This document shows positions 1-7,514 of a DNA stretch of 44,192 nt, piece by piece. The position numbers and the translations under genes are program-made. The stretch's first letter is position 1. The number at the start of each line of letters is the position of its first letter. The notes beneath the pieces are model-generated. The model did no database searches, was not told the origin of the DNA, and saw only the letters and a program-made list of their open reading frames with translations. Origin of the DNA: a virus (lineage: Duplodnaviria; Caudoviricetes); IMG/VR virus record IMGVR_UViG_3300048074_000029, positions 1 through 44,192 of that record; one strand, given 5' to 3'.

Positions 1-130
1 TTCTTATGCCGACGAGCCGCCGCCTCCGCCGTTCGATGGTGATGCCGCCTTCGACGCGGCCGCCTCATCCGGCCATCTCTTCGACGACCGGCCCGCGCAG
101 AAGGCCGCCGCCCCGAAGCCGCGGACCGTC
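1..130. repeat. Terminal direct repeat copy 1 (circular/assembly overlap)
   Basis: 1-130 matches 44063-44192 with one mismatch at position 4 (synonymous TCT/TCC); the reading frame continues across the join. Confidence 0.97.
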
Positions 131-478
131 GAGCGCGCGCCCGCCGCAATCGCCGGGCCCGTCACCTTCCCGAACTTCATCGAGATACTGAACCGCGATG
201 TCCCGTCGAAGGACCGCCCCTCCTGGATGCAGAAAGCCCAGGGCGGGAAGGACGCCGTGCTCCTTGGCAGACTCGTAACGGAGATCCTTGCGGCCTATCC
301 GCGAGGCGCCGCGACCCCGGCGGACTCCCCGGAGCGGCTCCGCATCGACGCGATGGAGTACATCGGCTCCATCGTCCCGGAGCCGGATCGGGCCGTCCTC
401 CGGAAGGACCTGGAGAAGCTCGACGACGAGGCCGTCGCCGCGTTCCTCTCGGGACTGAGGGACCGCTATGAGCACTAG
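2..478 (+). CDS. C-terminal part of putative single-strand annealing recombinase (starts at 43362, wraps the circle)
   Basis: In frame with the ORF from 43362 through the terminal repeat; joined product is 392 aa; ORF 227..478 is its tail. Confidence 0.85.
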   Translation, partial: SYADEPPPPPFDGDAAFDAAASSGHLFDDRPAQKAAAPKPRTVERAPAAIAGPVTFPNFIEILNRDVPSKDRPSWMQKAQGGKDAVLLGRLVTEILAAYPRGAATPADSPERLRIDAMEYIGSIVPEPDRAVLRKDLEKLDDEAVAAFLSGLRDRYEH

Positions 479-812
479 CGCCACCATCCGGAGCGAGGAC
501 GAGAACCTGCGGCCCGACGCAAGCGCCGAGACCCTAAACAAGGCCCGCCGTGGGCTCGAGGCCGAGCTCGCAGCGTGTCGCATCCGGGCGCGGACGGCGC
601 GCCTCCACCCGCGGATCGCCTCGATCCTCGCGGCGTCCCCGCTAACGCGGCCCATGCTCGAGGCTGGTCTCTCCTGCCGCGAGCGGGAAGGGCGGGAAGA
701 GAATCTACGCATCAAGATCGCGGACAAGTTCTCGCTATCGCGCGGGGCCCTGGCGGCGGGAGAATACGGCGACCCGCGGGACATGGCGCTCGAGGCCATC
801 CCCGATGCCTAA
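468..812 (+). CDS. Hypothetical phage protein
   Basis: 114-aa ORF overlapping both neighbours; GAGG upstream. Confidence 0.65.
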   Translation: MSTSATIRSEDENLRPDASAETLNKARRGLEAELAACRIRARTARLHPRIASILAASPLTRPMLEAGLSCREREGREENLRIKIADKFSLSRGALAAGEYGDPRDMALEAIPDA

Positions 813-1032
813 CGCGATATGCCCCAGGTGCGGGGGCCCCGCAACAAAGCCGGGATACTTCGGCAAGGACGTTTACGATATCAGATGTCCCAGGTGCGGG
901 CCGGCGCGAGCCACGACGGACCACTGCGGAAGTTGCGGCGCGACGTTTCTTAACCATTATGCCTTCATCGCTCACATCAGGTTGTGCAGCTTCGGAGGCG
1001 TAAAAGCCCAAGTGAAGGAGAAAAGCAGATGA
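805..1032 (+). CDS. Small Cys/His zinc-binding protein
   Basis: CPRC, CPRC, CGSC and H-x3-C motifs; ATGA-coupled to next gene. Confidence 0.7.
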   Translation: MPNAICPRCGGPATKPGYFGKDVYDIRCPRCGPARATTDHCGSCGATFLNHYAFIAHIRLCSFGGVKAQVKEKSR

Positions 1033-1961
1033 GCACCACCGTAGAGGCCCCCGTCCTCGACCTCGTCGTCGAGGAGATGAACCTGGGCAAGCTGACGACC
1101 AACGCGGAAGCCCTTCGCGACATGGTCAAGAATAAGCTCGCCGGCTACAACGTCGAGAACTACTCCGGCGATCGGGTTAAGGAAGCGAAGACCGACAAGG
1201 CCGAACTGAATGCCTTCGCCAAGAAGCTAAACGACAAGCGGCTCGAGTTCGAGTGCATATGGATGAACCCCTTCGAGCCGTTCAAGGCCGTCGTCGACGA
1301 GACCATCAAGCTCATCAAGACCGCATCCGCGAAAATCGACGAGGTCGTCAAGGACGTGGAGCAGGGCGAGAAGGACGAGAAGCGCCGGCAGATCGACCTC
1401 TACTGGACGGGACAGAAGTGCGACCTCTTCCGCCTCGATCAGATATTCGATGAGCGCTGGCTGAACAAGACCACGAAGGTCCAAGCCATCCAGGACGAGA
1501 TCGACGACCGCATCAGGAAGGTCAACGCCGACCTCATCATCCTCGAGCGCCTAGGCGAGCCGGAGGCTAGGGTCTGCTACCTCGAGACCCTGGACCTCAA
1601 CCAGGCCCTCGACCGGGCCGACACACTCAAGCGCAACCGCGAACGGCTCGCCGAGGACGAGAAGCGGCGCGCCGAGTCGGAGATCCAACGTAAGGCCGAC
1701 CAGGAAGCACGGGAGAAAGCCTCGGCCGGAGCGAAGGAAGCCGATAAGGCCAATACCCTCGCCATCGTCGACGAGATCCTAGCCGAGGAGGGGATAGCTG
1801 TCGCGTCCGAGCCCGAGACGGAGTCCGAGCTTCCGGAGGCGGCATTCCACGGCGCGGTCCCCATCGTCGAGTACACGCTGATCGTCCGCGGTCCGGAGAA
1901 GGCCCTGAACGACCTATTCGTCTACATGAGCGCCCGCGGCATCGAGTACCGCCGGACATAG
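1029..1961 (+). CDS. DUF1351-family coiled-coil protein (recombination module)
   Basis: AAGGAG RBS before ATG 1029; AKTDKAELNAFAKKLNDKR...PFEPF...IDEVVK...WLNKT pattern; next to the putative SSAP. Confidence 0.8.
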   Translation: MSTTVEAPVLDLVVEEMNLGKLTTNAEALRDMVKNKLAGYNVENYSGDRVKEAKTDKAELNAFAKKLNDKRLEFECIWMNPFEPFKAVVDETIKLIKTASAKIDEVVKDVEQGEKDEKRRQIDLYWTGQKCDLFRLDQIFDERWLNKTTKVQAIQDEIDDRIRKVNADLIILERLGEPEARVCYLETLDLNQALDRADTLKRNRERLAEDEKRRAESEIQRKADQEAREKASAGAKEADKANTLAIVDEILAEEGIAVASEPETESELPEAAFHGAVPIVEYTLIVRGPEKALNDLFVYMSARGIEYRRT

Positions 1962-2086
1962 ATCCCCCCCTCGCCCACCCCGCCCTCACCCCAGGGCGGG
2001 AGGCCCGCAACGGGGCCGCCTTCGCGCGGCGCGGGCCGAGGCCGGCAGGACCGGCGCCAAGAGCCCCGAGAACACGAGGAGGGATC
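1961..2086 (+). promoter_or_regulatory. Structured intergenic RNA that sequesters the downstream RBS
   Basis: GATCCC 1961-66/GGGATC 2081-86 and CCTCG 1969-73/CGAGG 2075-79 close a multiloop containing hairpins 1979-2000, 2002-2017 and 2041-2055. Confidence 0.5.
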
Positions 2087-2089
2087 AGG

Positions 2090-2629
2090 ATGTGCGAGAG
2101 GGAATCGTTCTTAGCTATCAGAGGAGGGAGGGTCGCCTGGCTGATCGATAGCGACCGCCACGACGCGATCGTAGAGACCGAGGGGCTCGAGGACAATGAA
2201 CTCTGCGACCGCCGGTTCGTCCGCATCGAGTGCAAGCCAAAAGCCGACCCGTTCTCGACCAACCCGGACGACTGGGAGGTCCAGGAGGACGAGCCCGGCG
2301 GATCGCTCCCGGCGTGGTACGAGCGCGAGGAGTGGGCGCCGCTGATTCTCGACGAGCTGACGCTTCGCCGGATACCGGAGGAGCGGCGGACCGGGATCGT
2401 AGGCAAGCTCGTAATCCCGGCGGGCCAATTGTACCGGCTGCCGTGGCTCCGGACGGCCGCCGACATCTACGTGCACGAGAACGCGAAGCTGGACGCGCCG
2501 GCTCTGACCACGGCCGCCGACATCTACGTGCTCGAGAACGCGAAGCTGGACGCGCCGGCTCTGGCCACGGCCGCCGACATCGACGTGCATAAAAAGGGCG
2601 AACTCAACGCGCCCCTGCTGAAGCGGTAA
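2090..2629 (+). CDS. Phage protein with C-terminal 19-aa solenoid-type repeats
   Basis: GAGGAGG RBS; repeat TAADIYVHENAKLDAPALT x2.4. Confidence 0.8.
   Translation: MCERESFLAIRGGRVAWLIDSDRHDAIVETEGLEDNELCDRRFVRIECKPKADPFSTNPDDWEVQEDEPGGSLPAWYEREEWAPLILDELTLRRIPEERRTGIVGKLVIPAGQLYRLPWLRTAADIYVHENAKLDAPALTTAADIYVLENAKLDAPALATAADIDVHKKGELNAPLLKR
2453..2589 (+). repeat. 57-bp tandem repeat x2.4 (coding)
   Basis: Units start at 2453, 2510 and 2567. Confidence 0.95.
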
Positions 2630-2632
2630 CCC

Positions 2633-2739
2633 CGCCAGTCCCTGCCCGGAGCTGGCGATAAGGACGGGTCCCCGGACGAGCCGGAGAGACAGCACGGGCG
2701 GACGTGCACGGGCGGGAGGATGTTGCGGATCCCCCGCCC
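2633..2739 (+). promoter_or_regulatory. Four consecutive intergenic hairpins
   Basis: CGCCAG/CTGGCG 2633-57; GTC+CCGG 2668-90; GCACG/CGTGC 2692-2707; GGGCGGG/CCCGCCC 2710-39. Confidence 0.45.
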
Positions 2740-2756
2740 AAAAGGAGGAACGAAGG

Positions 2757-3311
2757 ATGAAGTGCTCCGAGTTCGAGCTCGGCAAGGGCGAGTTTTCCAT
2801 CATCGCCACCTATACCGAGCACAACGACGCCGCCGAGTCGGACGAGTCGACGACGATCCGCACCCACGAGCGCGGACGCCCGAGGCTCTACACCGACGCC
2901 GCGACGCTCGCCCTGGCCGCCGAGAAGTACTTCGAGCTCGGCGACCTGAAGGTCCAGCTCCGCAAGATCAACTTCACCGAGAACGACGACGGAAGGTTCG
3001 CGAAAGTTTCGCTCGAGACGCTCTCCGGGATCAAGGTCTCGCCGCCCCGCGTGAAGAGGGAGGAGTACATCGAGCCGGGCGAGGACGAGCCGAACCCGGA
3101 GCACCCGCTGAATGTCTTCCTCGCGGCCGTGGACCTCGTGGAGAACCGGATCAGCGAGTACCTCTCGGGTGACCGCGAGCAGCCGGATCTTCCCGTGAAG
3201 GCGGAGCCGGAGGCGCGGCCCGCGCCCGGCCTCTTCGACCGCGGCAAGGGCGCCGTGGGCGGGCGGCGCAAGAAGGCCGCCGCGGTCCTCGCCGAGACGG
3301 CGGGGGCGTAG
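2757..3311 (+). CDS. Hypothetical phage protein
   Basis: AAAGGAGG RBS; typical codon usage; 184 aa. Confidence 0.8.
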   Translation: MKCSEFELGKGEFSIIATYTEHNDAAESDESTTIRTHERGRPRLYTDAATLALAAEKYFELGDLKVQLRKINFTENDDGRFAKVSLETLSGIKVSPPRVKREEYIEPGEDEPNPEHPLNVFLAAVDLVENRISEYLSGDREQPDLPVKAEPEARPAPGLFDRGKGAVGGRRKKAAAVLAETAGA

Positions 3312-3329
3312 GGCATGGTCTGTGATCTT

Positions 3330-3648
3330 GTCTCGACCGGATTCGACGGGCTTACGGTCACGTCGACTTCGATCGGGATATCGAACTACTCAGCGTGCGG
3401 AGCGTACGACGACCCTATCGAGCTCGTCGCGCTCCGCCCCCTCGGCGCAGGGGTCGAGACCCTGGTCCGCCGGGGGCGCATGGGCGCCGGGCCATATATA
3501 CGTCGCAGGCAGGGCGAGCGCCGAGCCGTGGATGTGGCGCAGTTGCTCAAGTCCATACGGAGGCGAGCAGCGTGGACGCTCGGCTAGATTGTGGCCCTTG
3601 AACGGCAGCATCACCCGAAGCGCCGGGTTCCAGCGCTTAACAAGCTAG
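3330..3648 (+). ncRNA. Candidate structured non-coding RNA
   Basis: At least seven nested or adjacent helices (see findings); fills the largest gap in the early region; the overlapping 90-aa ORF has atypical codons and a weak RBS. Confidence 0.45.
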
Positions 3649-3664
3649 GCCGGCCGCGGTTCTT

Positions 3665-3736
3665 GCGCGAGTAGCTCAACGGTAGAGCAGCGGATCGTAT
3701 GCCGTGGTCGCGGGTTCGACTCCCGCCTCGCGCCCA
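3665..3736 (+). tRNA. tRNA-like element with a non-canonical anticodon arm
   Basis: Perfect 7-bp acceptor stem GCGCGAG/CTCGCGC, D arm GCTC-AACGGTA-GAGC, T arm GCGGG-TTCGACT-CCCGC, then CCA; anticodon arm is 16 nt (4 bp + 8-nt loop). Confidence 0.8.
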
Positions 3737-3758
3737 TAAGCCCCAAGGAGGGGCATTT

Positions 3759-4001
3759 ATGCACTACAGGAACGGAAGAGAAGCCAAGAACGGCGACAAG
3801 GTCGTCCAGCTCGACTTCAGCTCGGGCAAAGTCGTGGGCTTCGGCGTGCTCTACGACGCCGTGCCGGGCAACGACTACTGCAACGGCAAGATCGCGCCGG
3901 TCGGGCTGGATCATCTCGCAGCATGCCTGTGCGACTGCCTGAGCCTCGACGACCTGGAAGCGATCATCGCCGAGAAGGGCCTCGATAAGCGGCCCTTTTA
4001 G
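3759..4001 (+). CDS. Conserved-looking hypothetical phage protein (MHYRNGREAKNGD...)
   Basis: AAGGAGG RBS before ATG 3759; 80 aa. Confidence 0.8.
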   Translation: MHYRNGREAKNGDKVVQLDFSSGKVVGFGVLYDAVPGNDYCNGKIAPVGLDHLAACLCDCLSLDDLEAIIAEKGLDKRPF

Positions 4002-4026
4002 GAAGTAGCCCTTACCAAGGCCGGCG

Positions 4027-4401
4027 ATGAAGCGGAGCGGCTTCGACTGGTGCGTCCATTGCGGGCGCCCGCTCCGCGACGAGGGCAGCCGGGCGGCGGG
4101 GCTCGGGCCGGAGTGCGCGGCGCTCCCGGAGTGCGAGGGGCTCTTGAAGATGATCGCGAGGATTGAGAGGAACGGGCAACCGCTCCTTTTTCGGGAGGGG
4201 ATAGATGGGGGCGCGCAAGCGGACGATAGACCCTGGGATCTGGTCCGACGGAGGCTTTATGCAGCTCTCCGACGGCGCGCGGCTTTTCTTCATCGGCCTC
4301 ATCTCCAACGCGGACGACGAGGGCAGAGGGAGCGCCGTGACGAAAGCCCTGGCCGCGCGCATCTTCCCCAGCGAGGGAGCGGATCGGATCACGGCGATTG
4401 A
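4027..4401 (+). CDS. DUF6011-like zinc-finger protein
   Basis: CxxCGRPLxDxxSxxxGxGPxC motif; the 3' half overlaps the next gene by 197 nt. Confidence 0.65.
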   Translation: MKRSGFDWCVHCGRPLRDEGSRAAGLGPECAALPECEGLLKMIARIERNGQPLLFREGIDGGAQADDRPWDLVRRRLYAALRRRAAFLHRPHLQRGRRGQRERRDESPGRAHLPQRGSGSDHGD

Positions 4402-4615
4402 AGGCTACAAGGCCGAGGTCGTCGAGCACACGCATACGGTTTTCTACGAGGCGGACGGGTCGGCTTACTACGCGCTTTTGAAGTGGAAGGACTACCAGCG
4501 CGTCGACCACCCCCAGCCATCGGCGATCCCGCCGCCATCCATGGCGCGGCAGGCGGGGAGCTTCCGCCCAGCGGCGGCGGTCGAAGAACTTTTTGGAAAG
4601 GCGGCAGGAGCATGA
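4205..4615 (+). CDS. Phage replication initiator, N-terminal DNA-binding domain only
   Basis: ARKRTIDPGIWSD...LSDGARLFFIGLISNADDEGR...IFP...W..YQRVDHPQPS signature; GGAGG RBS; ends at 136 aa. Confidence 0.75.
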   Translation: MGARKRTIDPGIWSDGGFMQLSDGARLFFIGLISNADDEGRGSAVTKALAARIFPSEGADRITAIEGYKAEVVEHTHTVFYEADGSAYYALLKWKDYQRVDHPQPSAIPPPSMARQAGSFRPAAAVEELFGKAAGA

Positions 4616-5049
4616 ACTGGGAAAGCATCGCCGTGTTCAATGTCCAGGGCGAGCCGAAGGGCCAACCGCGGCCGCGGGCCTTCGTTAACAAGAAGACGGG
4701 GCGCGCGTCGGTCTTCGACAGCGGCCGCGCCGAGGGCTGGAAGGGCGCCGTCGCGCTGGCCGCGAAGCCGTATCTTCCGCCGGAGCCCCTCGACTGCCCG
4801 CTCCGGCTGACGGTCGCCTTCTTCTTCCCCCGGCCGAAGCGGCTCATGCGCGCCAAGGACCCCACGGAGGCGATCCCGCACACCGCGAAACCGGACGCCG
4901 ACAACGCGCTGAAGGCCGTTATGGACTGTATGACGCAGATCGGATTCTGGCACGACGACGCCCTCGTCTATTCGACCGTCGTCGTGAAGTACTACTGCGC
5001 GAAGGGCCAGCGCCCCGGCGCCGTCGTCCAAGTCTTAAAGGGAGGCTGA
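4612..5049 (+). CDS. rusA: RusA-family Holliday junction resolvase
   Basis: GEPKGQPRPR start, KPDADN and DDALV catalytic motifs. Confidence 0.9.
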   Translation: MNWESIAVFNVQGEPKGQPRPRAFVNKKTGRASVFDSGRAEGWKGAVALAAKPYLPPEPLDCPLRLTVAFFFPRPKRLMRAKDPTEAIPHTAKPDADNALKAVMDCMTQIGFWHDDALVYSTVVVKYYCAKGQRPGAVVQVLKGG

Positions 5050-5050
5050 C

Positions 5051-5257
5051 ATGATCGAAGTGAAGAACCTGCAGCTCGAGCCCCATGAAGTCGCAGCGCT
5101 TCGGGCCGAGTACGTCTCGAAGGGACTCGGGGACCTCGTGACGATGGGCCACCACCTGACGGGCCTGCCCAGCCTCCACGCAAAGCTCTACTCCGCGATC
5201 AGCCAGCCTACCTTCGATCGCGTCCTGGACACGCACAAGCCGGAGGGCTCGAAATGA
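5051..5257 (+). CDS. Hypothetical protein
   Basis: GGAGG RBS; coupled to neighbours. Confidence 0.7.
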   Translation: MIEVKNLQLEPHEVAALRAEYVSKGLGDLVTMGHHLTGLPSLHAKLYSAISQPTFDRVLDTHKPEGSK

Positions 5258-5424
5258 TCCTCGTAGTGAAGACCGCGAACCCGGCCTCGGCGATTCACAT
5301 CGTGGACGAGCGGAAGCTGGACCGCGCCCGGTGCGACGAGTACCTGAAGGACTACCTCGAGGTCCCGCGGGGGAAGATCGCGCAGCACCCCTTCTGCCCG
5401 AAGTGCATCGAGGCCCGCGCATGA
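5254..5424 (+). CDS. Small hypothetical protein (56 aa, CPKC)
   Basis: Translated by hand: MILVVKTANP...FCPKCIEARA; ATGA overlaps at both ends. Confidence 0.65.
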   Translation: MILVVKTANPASAIHIVDERKLDRARCDEYLKDYLEVPRGKIAQHPFCPKCIEARA

Positions 5425-5558
5425 AGACGACCCCGCCCGTCCTCCGCCGGGTCGCCGGCGCGAAGAAGGCGCGAGCCCGCGAAAAGAAGATGAAGGCCGC
5501 CCGAGCCGCCAAGGCTCAGGGCGCCCCGCGCCCCGAGAGCAAGGAGCCCAAGCCGTGA
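5421..5558 (+). CDS. Small basic protein (45 aa)
   Basis: MKTTPPVLRRVAGAKKAR...; ATGA/GTGA coupling. Confidence 0.55.
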   Translation: MKTTPPVLRRVAGAKKARAREKKMKAARAAKAQGAPRPESKEPKP

Positions 5559-5815
5559 GCGCGCGGGAAACGCGGCCCCTGGCCCCGCGGCAGGCCGAGG
5601 TCCGGGACTTCATCGCCGCGTTCAACAAGGAGCACGGATTCAGCCCGACCATGAAGGAGATCGGGGAGCGCTTCAAGATAACCGCCCCCGCAGCACATCA
5701 CCACGTCTGCGGGCTCGCGAAGCGCGGGGCGGTCGAGCTTGTCCGCTACCCGCCGAGCCGGAGGACCCTGCGCTATATCAACGTCCTCCCCTTCCCCCCG
5801 GAGCCCAGCACATGA
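5555..5815 (+). CDS. LexA-type DNA-binding domain without peptidase domain
   Basis: LAPRQAEVRDFI...HGFSPTMKEIGERF...HVCGLAKRGA pattern of the LexA N-terminal wHTH; AAGGAG RBS. Confidence 0.85.
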   Translation: MSARETRPLAPRQAEVRDFIAAFNKEHGFSPTMKEIGERFKITAPAAHHHVCGLAKRGAVELVRYPPSRRTLRYINVLPFPPEPST

Positions 5816-6027
5816 CCCGCTCCGCCGAGCTGATCGCCCGCGTCCGGGCCCTCGCACACCAGGAGCGGAACGCCAGCACCGAAGCATGTCGCGCCGCCCT
5901 GGCCCCGAGCCTGTCCGCCGCCGCCCTCGATCTGGCCGGGGAGCACGAGATCCTCGTCGCCCAGGCGCTTGCGGCCGAGCGGGCGATCCACAGCCTCGTT
6001 AAGGACGGGGAGGGGAAGACCCCATGA
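5812..6027 (+). CDS. Hypothetical protein
   Basis: ATGA-coupled at both ends. Confidence 0.65.
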   Translation: MTRSAELIARVRALAHQERNASTEACRAALAPSLSAAALDLAGEHEILVAQALAAERAIHSLVKDGEGKTP

Positions 6028-6827
6028 CCTGCTCCCGCCCGATCGTCCACTACCACGGCGGCAAGTGGATGCTCGCCCCCTGGATTATCTCCTACTTCCC
6101 GGCGCATCGAATCTACGTCGAGCCGTTCGGAGGGGGGGGCAGCGTGTTATTGCGTAAGCCCCGCGCCCGGGCCGAGGTCTATAACGACCTCGACGGCGAA
6201 CTAGTCAACTTATTTCGAGCTGCTCGCGATCACGGCGAGGACCTCCGCCGCGCCCTCGAGCTAACGCCCTTCTCCCGGGTCGAGTTCGAGGCCAGCTACG
6301 AGCCGACCGATGATCCTCTCGAGCAAGCCCGGCGCACCATCGTTCGCGCCTTTATGGGCTTCGGCTCCAATTCCCACAACAAAGCGACCGGCTTCCGCTC
6401 CAATTCCAACCGCTCGGGCACGACGCCCGCGATGGACTGGCGCCACTACCCGGGCGAGTTCGGCGCGATCATTGAACGCCTTCGGGGCGTGGTCATCGAG
6501 AACCGAGACGCGCTCGAGGTCCTCCAGATTCACGACGGACCCGCAACGCTCCATTACGTCGATCCTCCCTATCTCGCCGAGACGCGAGACGCGGGGGACG
6601 ACTACCGCTTCGAGTTGGACGAGTCCGCGCATGTTCGCCTCGCCGAGATACTCCGCGGGCTCCAGGGAGCCGTCGTCGTCTCGGGCTACCCGTCGCCGCT
6701 ATACGAGGACCTATACGCGGGATGGACTCGCGCCGAGCGAGCGGCCTTAGCCGATGGCGCTGCGCCCAGGACCGAGGTCCTCTGGATGAAGGGCATCGAC
6801 CTCGGGCTATTCGGGGCTGCCCCATGA
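6024..6827 (+). CDS. DNA adenine methyltransferase (D12/Dam-like)
   Basis: YHGGK, EPFGGGGSV (SAM binding), YNDLD, DPPY catalytic motif. Confidence 0.93.
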   Translation: MTCSRPIVHYHGGKWMLAPWIISYFPAHRIYVEPFGGGGSVLLRKPRARAEVYNDLDGELVNLFRAARDHGEDLRRALELTPFSRVEFEASYEPTDDPLEQARRTIVRAFMGFGSNSHNKATGFRSNSNRSGTTPAMDWRHYPGEFGAIIERLRGVVIENRDALEVLQIHDGPATLHYVDPPYLAETRDAGDDYRFELDESAHVRLAEILRGLQGAVVVSGYPSPLYEDLYAGWTRAERAALADGAAPRTEVLWMKGIDLGLFGAAP

Positions 6828-7195
6828 CCTCCCAGCTCGAGCTCTTCCCGATCGTCGCGCCGAGCTACCGCGGGCTCACGATTGCGGAAGCCTTCGCGGT
6901 GTTCCACGGAGCGAACCCGCACGTATTCCGCAACCTGCGCACGCTGGCCCTGGCCTGGCACGCGAAGCACCCGGCGGAGAAGGTCGGGATCAAGCACCTG
7001 TACGAGGTCCTCCGCTGGGAGTACGAGACACGGACGGACCGGCCCTCGAATGAAGCGAAGCTAAATAATAATTTCACCGCGTACTACGCGCGGCTCCTTA
7101 TGGCGAAGGATCCGATTCTCCGGGGCGTGTTCGAGATCCGGGCGCAGAACCCGGACCGGCCGCACCGCTCCGGCGTGAAAGCGAGGGCAGAATGA
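6824..7195 (+). CDS. Conserved-looking hypothetical phage protein
   Basis: FHGANPHV...LRWE...KLNNNFTAYYAR pattern; ATGA coupling. Confidence 0.75.
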   Translation: MTSQLELFPIVAPSYRGLTIAEAFAVFHGANPHVFRNLRTLALAWHAKHPAEKVGIKHLYEVLRWEYETRTDRPSNEAKLNNNFTAYYARLLMAKDPILRGVFEIRAQNPDRPHRSGVKARAE

Positions 7196-7497
7196 CGACG
7201 CGAGATCTTGCAGAGTATCAAAAGCGAGGCGGGAAGCTCTACCACATCGATCTAGGAAGAAACCTCTCGGAGACACAAGACGGATTCGAGGACGTATTCA
7301 TAAGCGAGTATTCCTTCAGGTTCGGAGGGAAGGTCCTTCGGACTAAGGTCGACAGCGCGAAGGTCCTCCTTGCCGCCGATCCCTCCGGAAGGCGGCTTGA
7401 GCTGGAGCTCGCCCAGCTTCCGAAGCCGCGCGGCGACCGCTGCCGCCTCGCGAAGATGAGGATTGCCCGGCACAAGCACCACCGGAGGCCCGCATGA
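7192..7497 (+). CDS. Hypothetical protein
   Basis: ATGA coupling. Confidence 0.65.
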   Translation: MTTRDLAEYQKRGGKLYHIDLGRNLSETQDGFEDVFISEYSFRFGGKVLRTKVDSAKVLLAADPSGRRLELELAQLPKPRGDRCRLAKMRIARHKHHRRPA

Positions 7498-7514
7498 ACG
7501 ACCACGAACTCGAG
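7483..7514 (+). repeat. 32-bp gene-junction direct repeat, copy 1
   Basis: CGGAGGCCCGCATGAACGACCACGAACTCGAG, identical to 7746-7777. Confidence 0.97.

Noticed and set aside
1-130. Biological terminal repeat of the virion DNA
   Set aside because: It falls mid-gene and the 126-bp exact match is typical of assembler overlap on a circular contig
3315-3587. 90-aa ORF as a protein gene
   Set aside because: Weak RBS, atypical codons, no recognisable motif and dense RNA pairing; not fully excluded
3302-3736. tmRNA (GGATTCGACGGG at 3339-50 plus a downstream T arm)
   Set aside because: The T arm belongs to a self-contained cloverleaf with its own acceptor stem and D arm; there is no G3-U70 alanine acceptor pairing with the 5' segment
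3665-3736. tRNA fragment as attP
   Set aside because: No integrase found, and the element is a full cloverleaf rather than a 3' fragment
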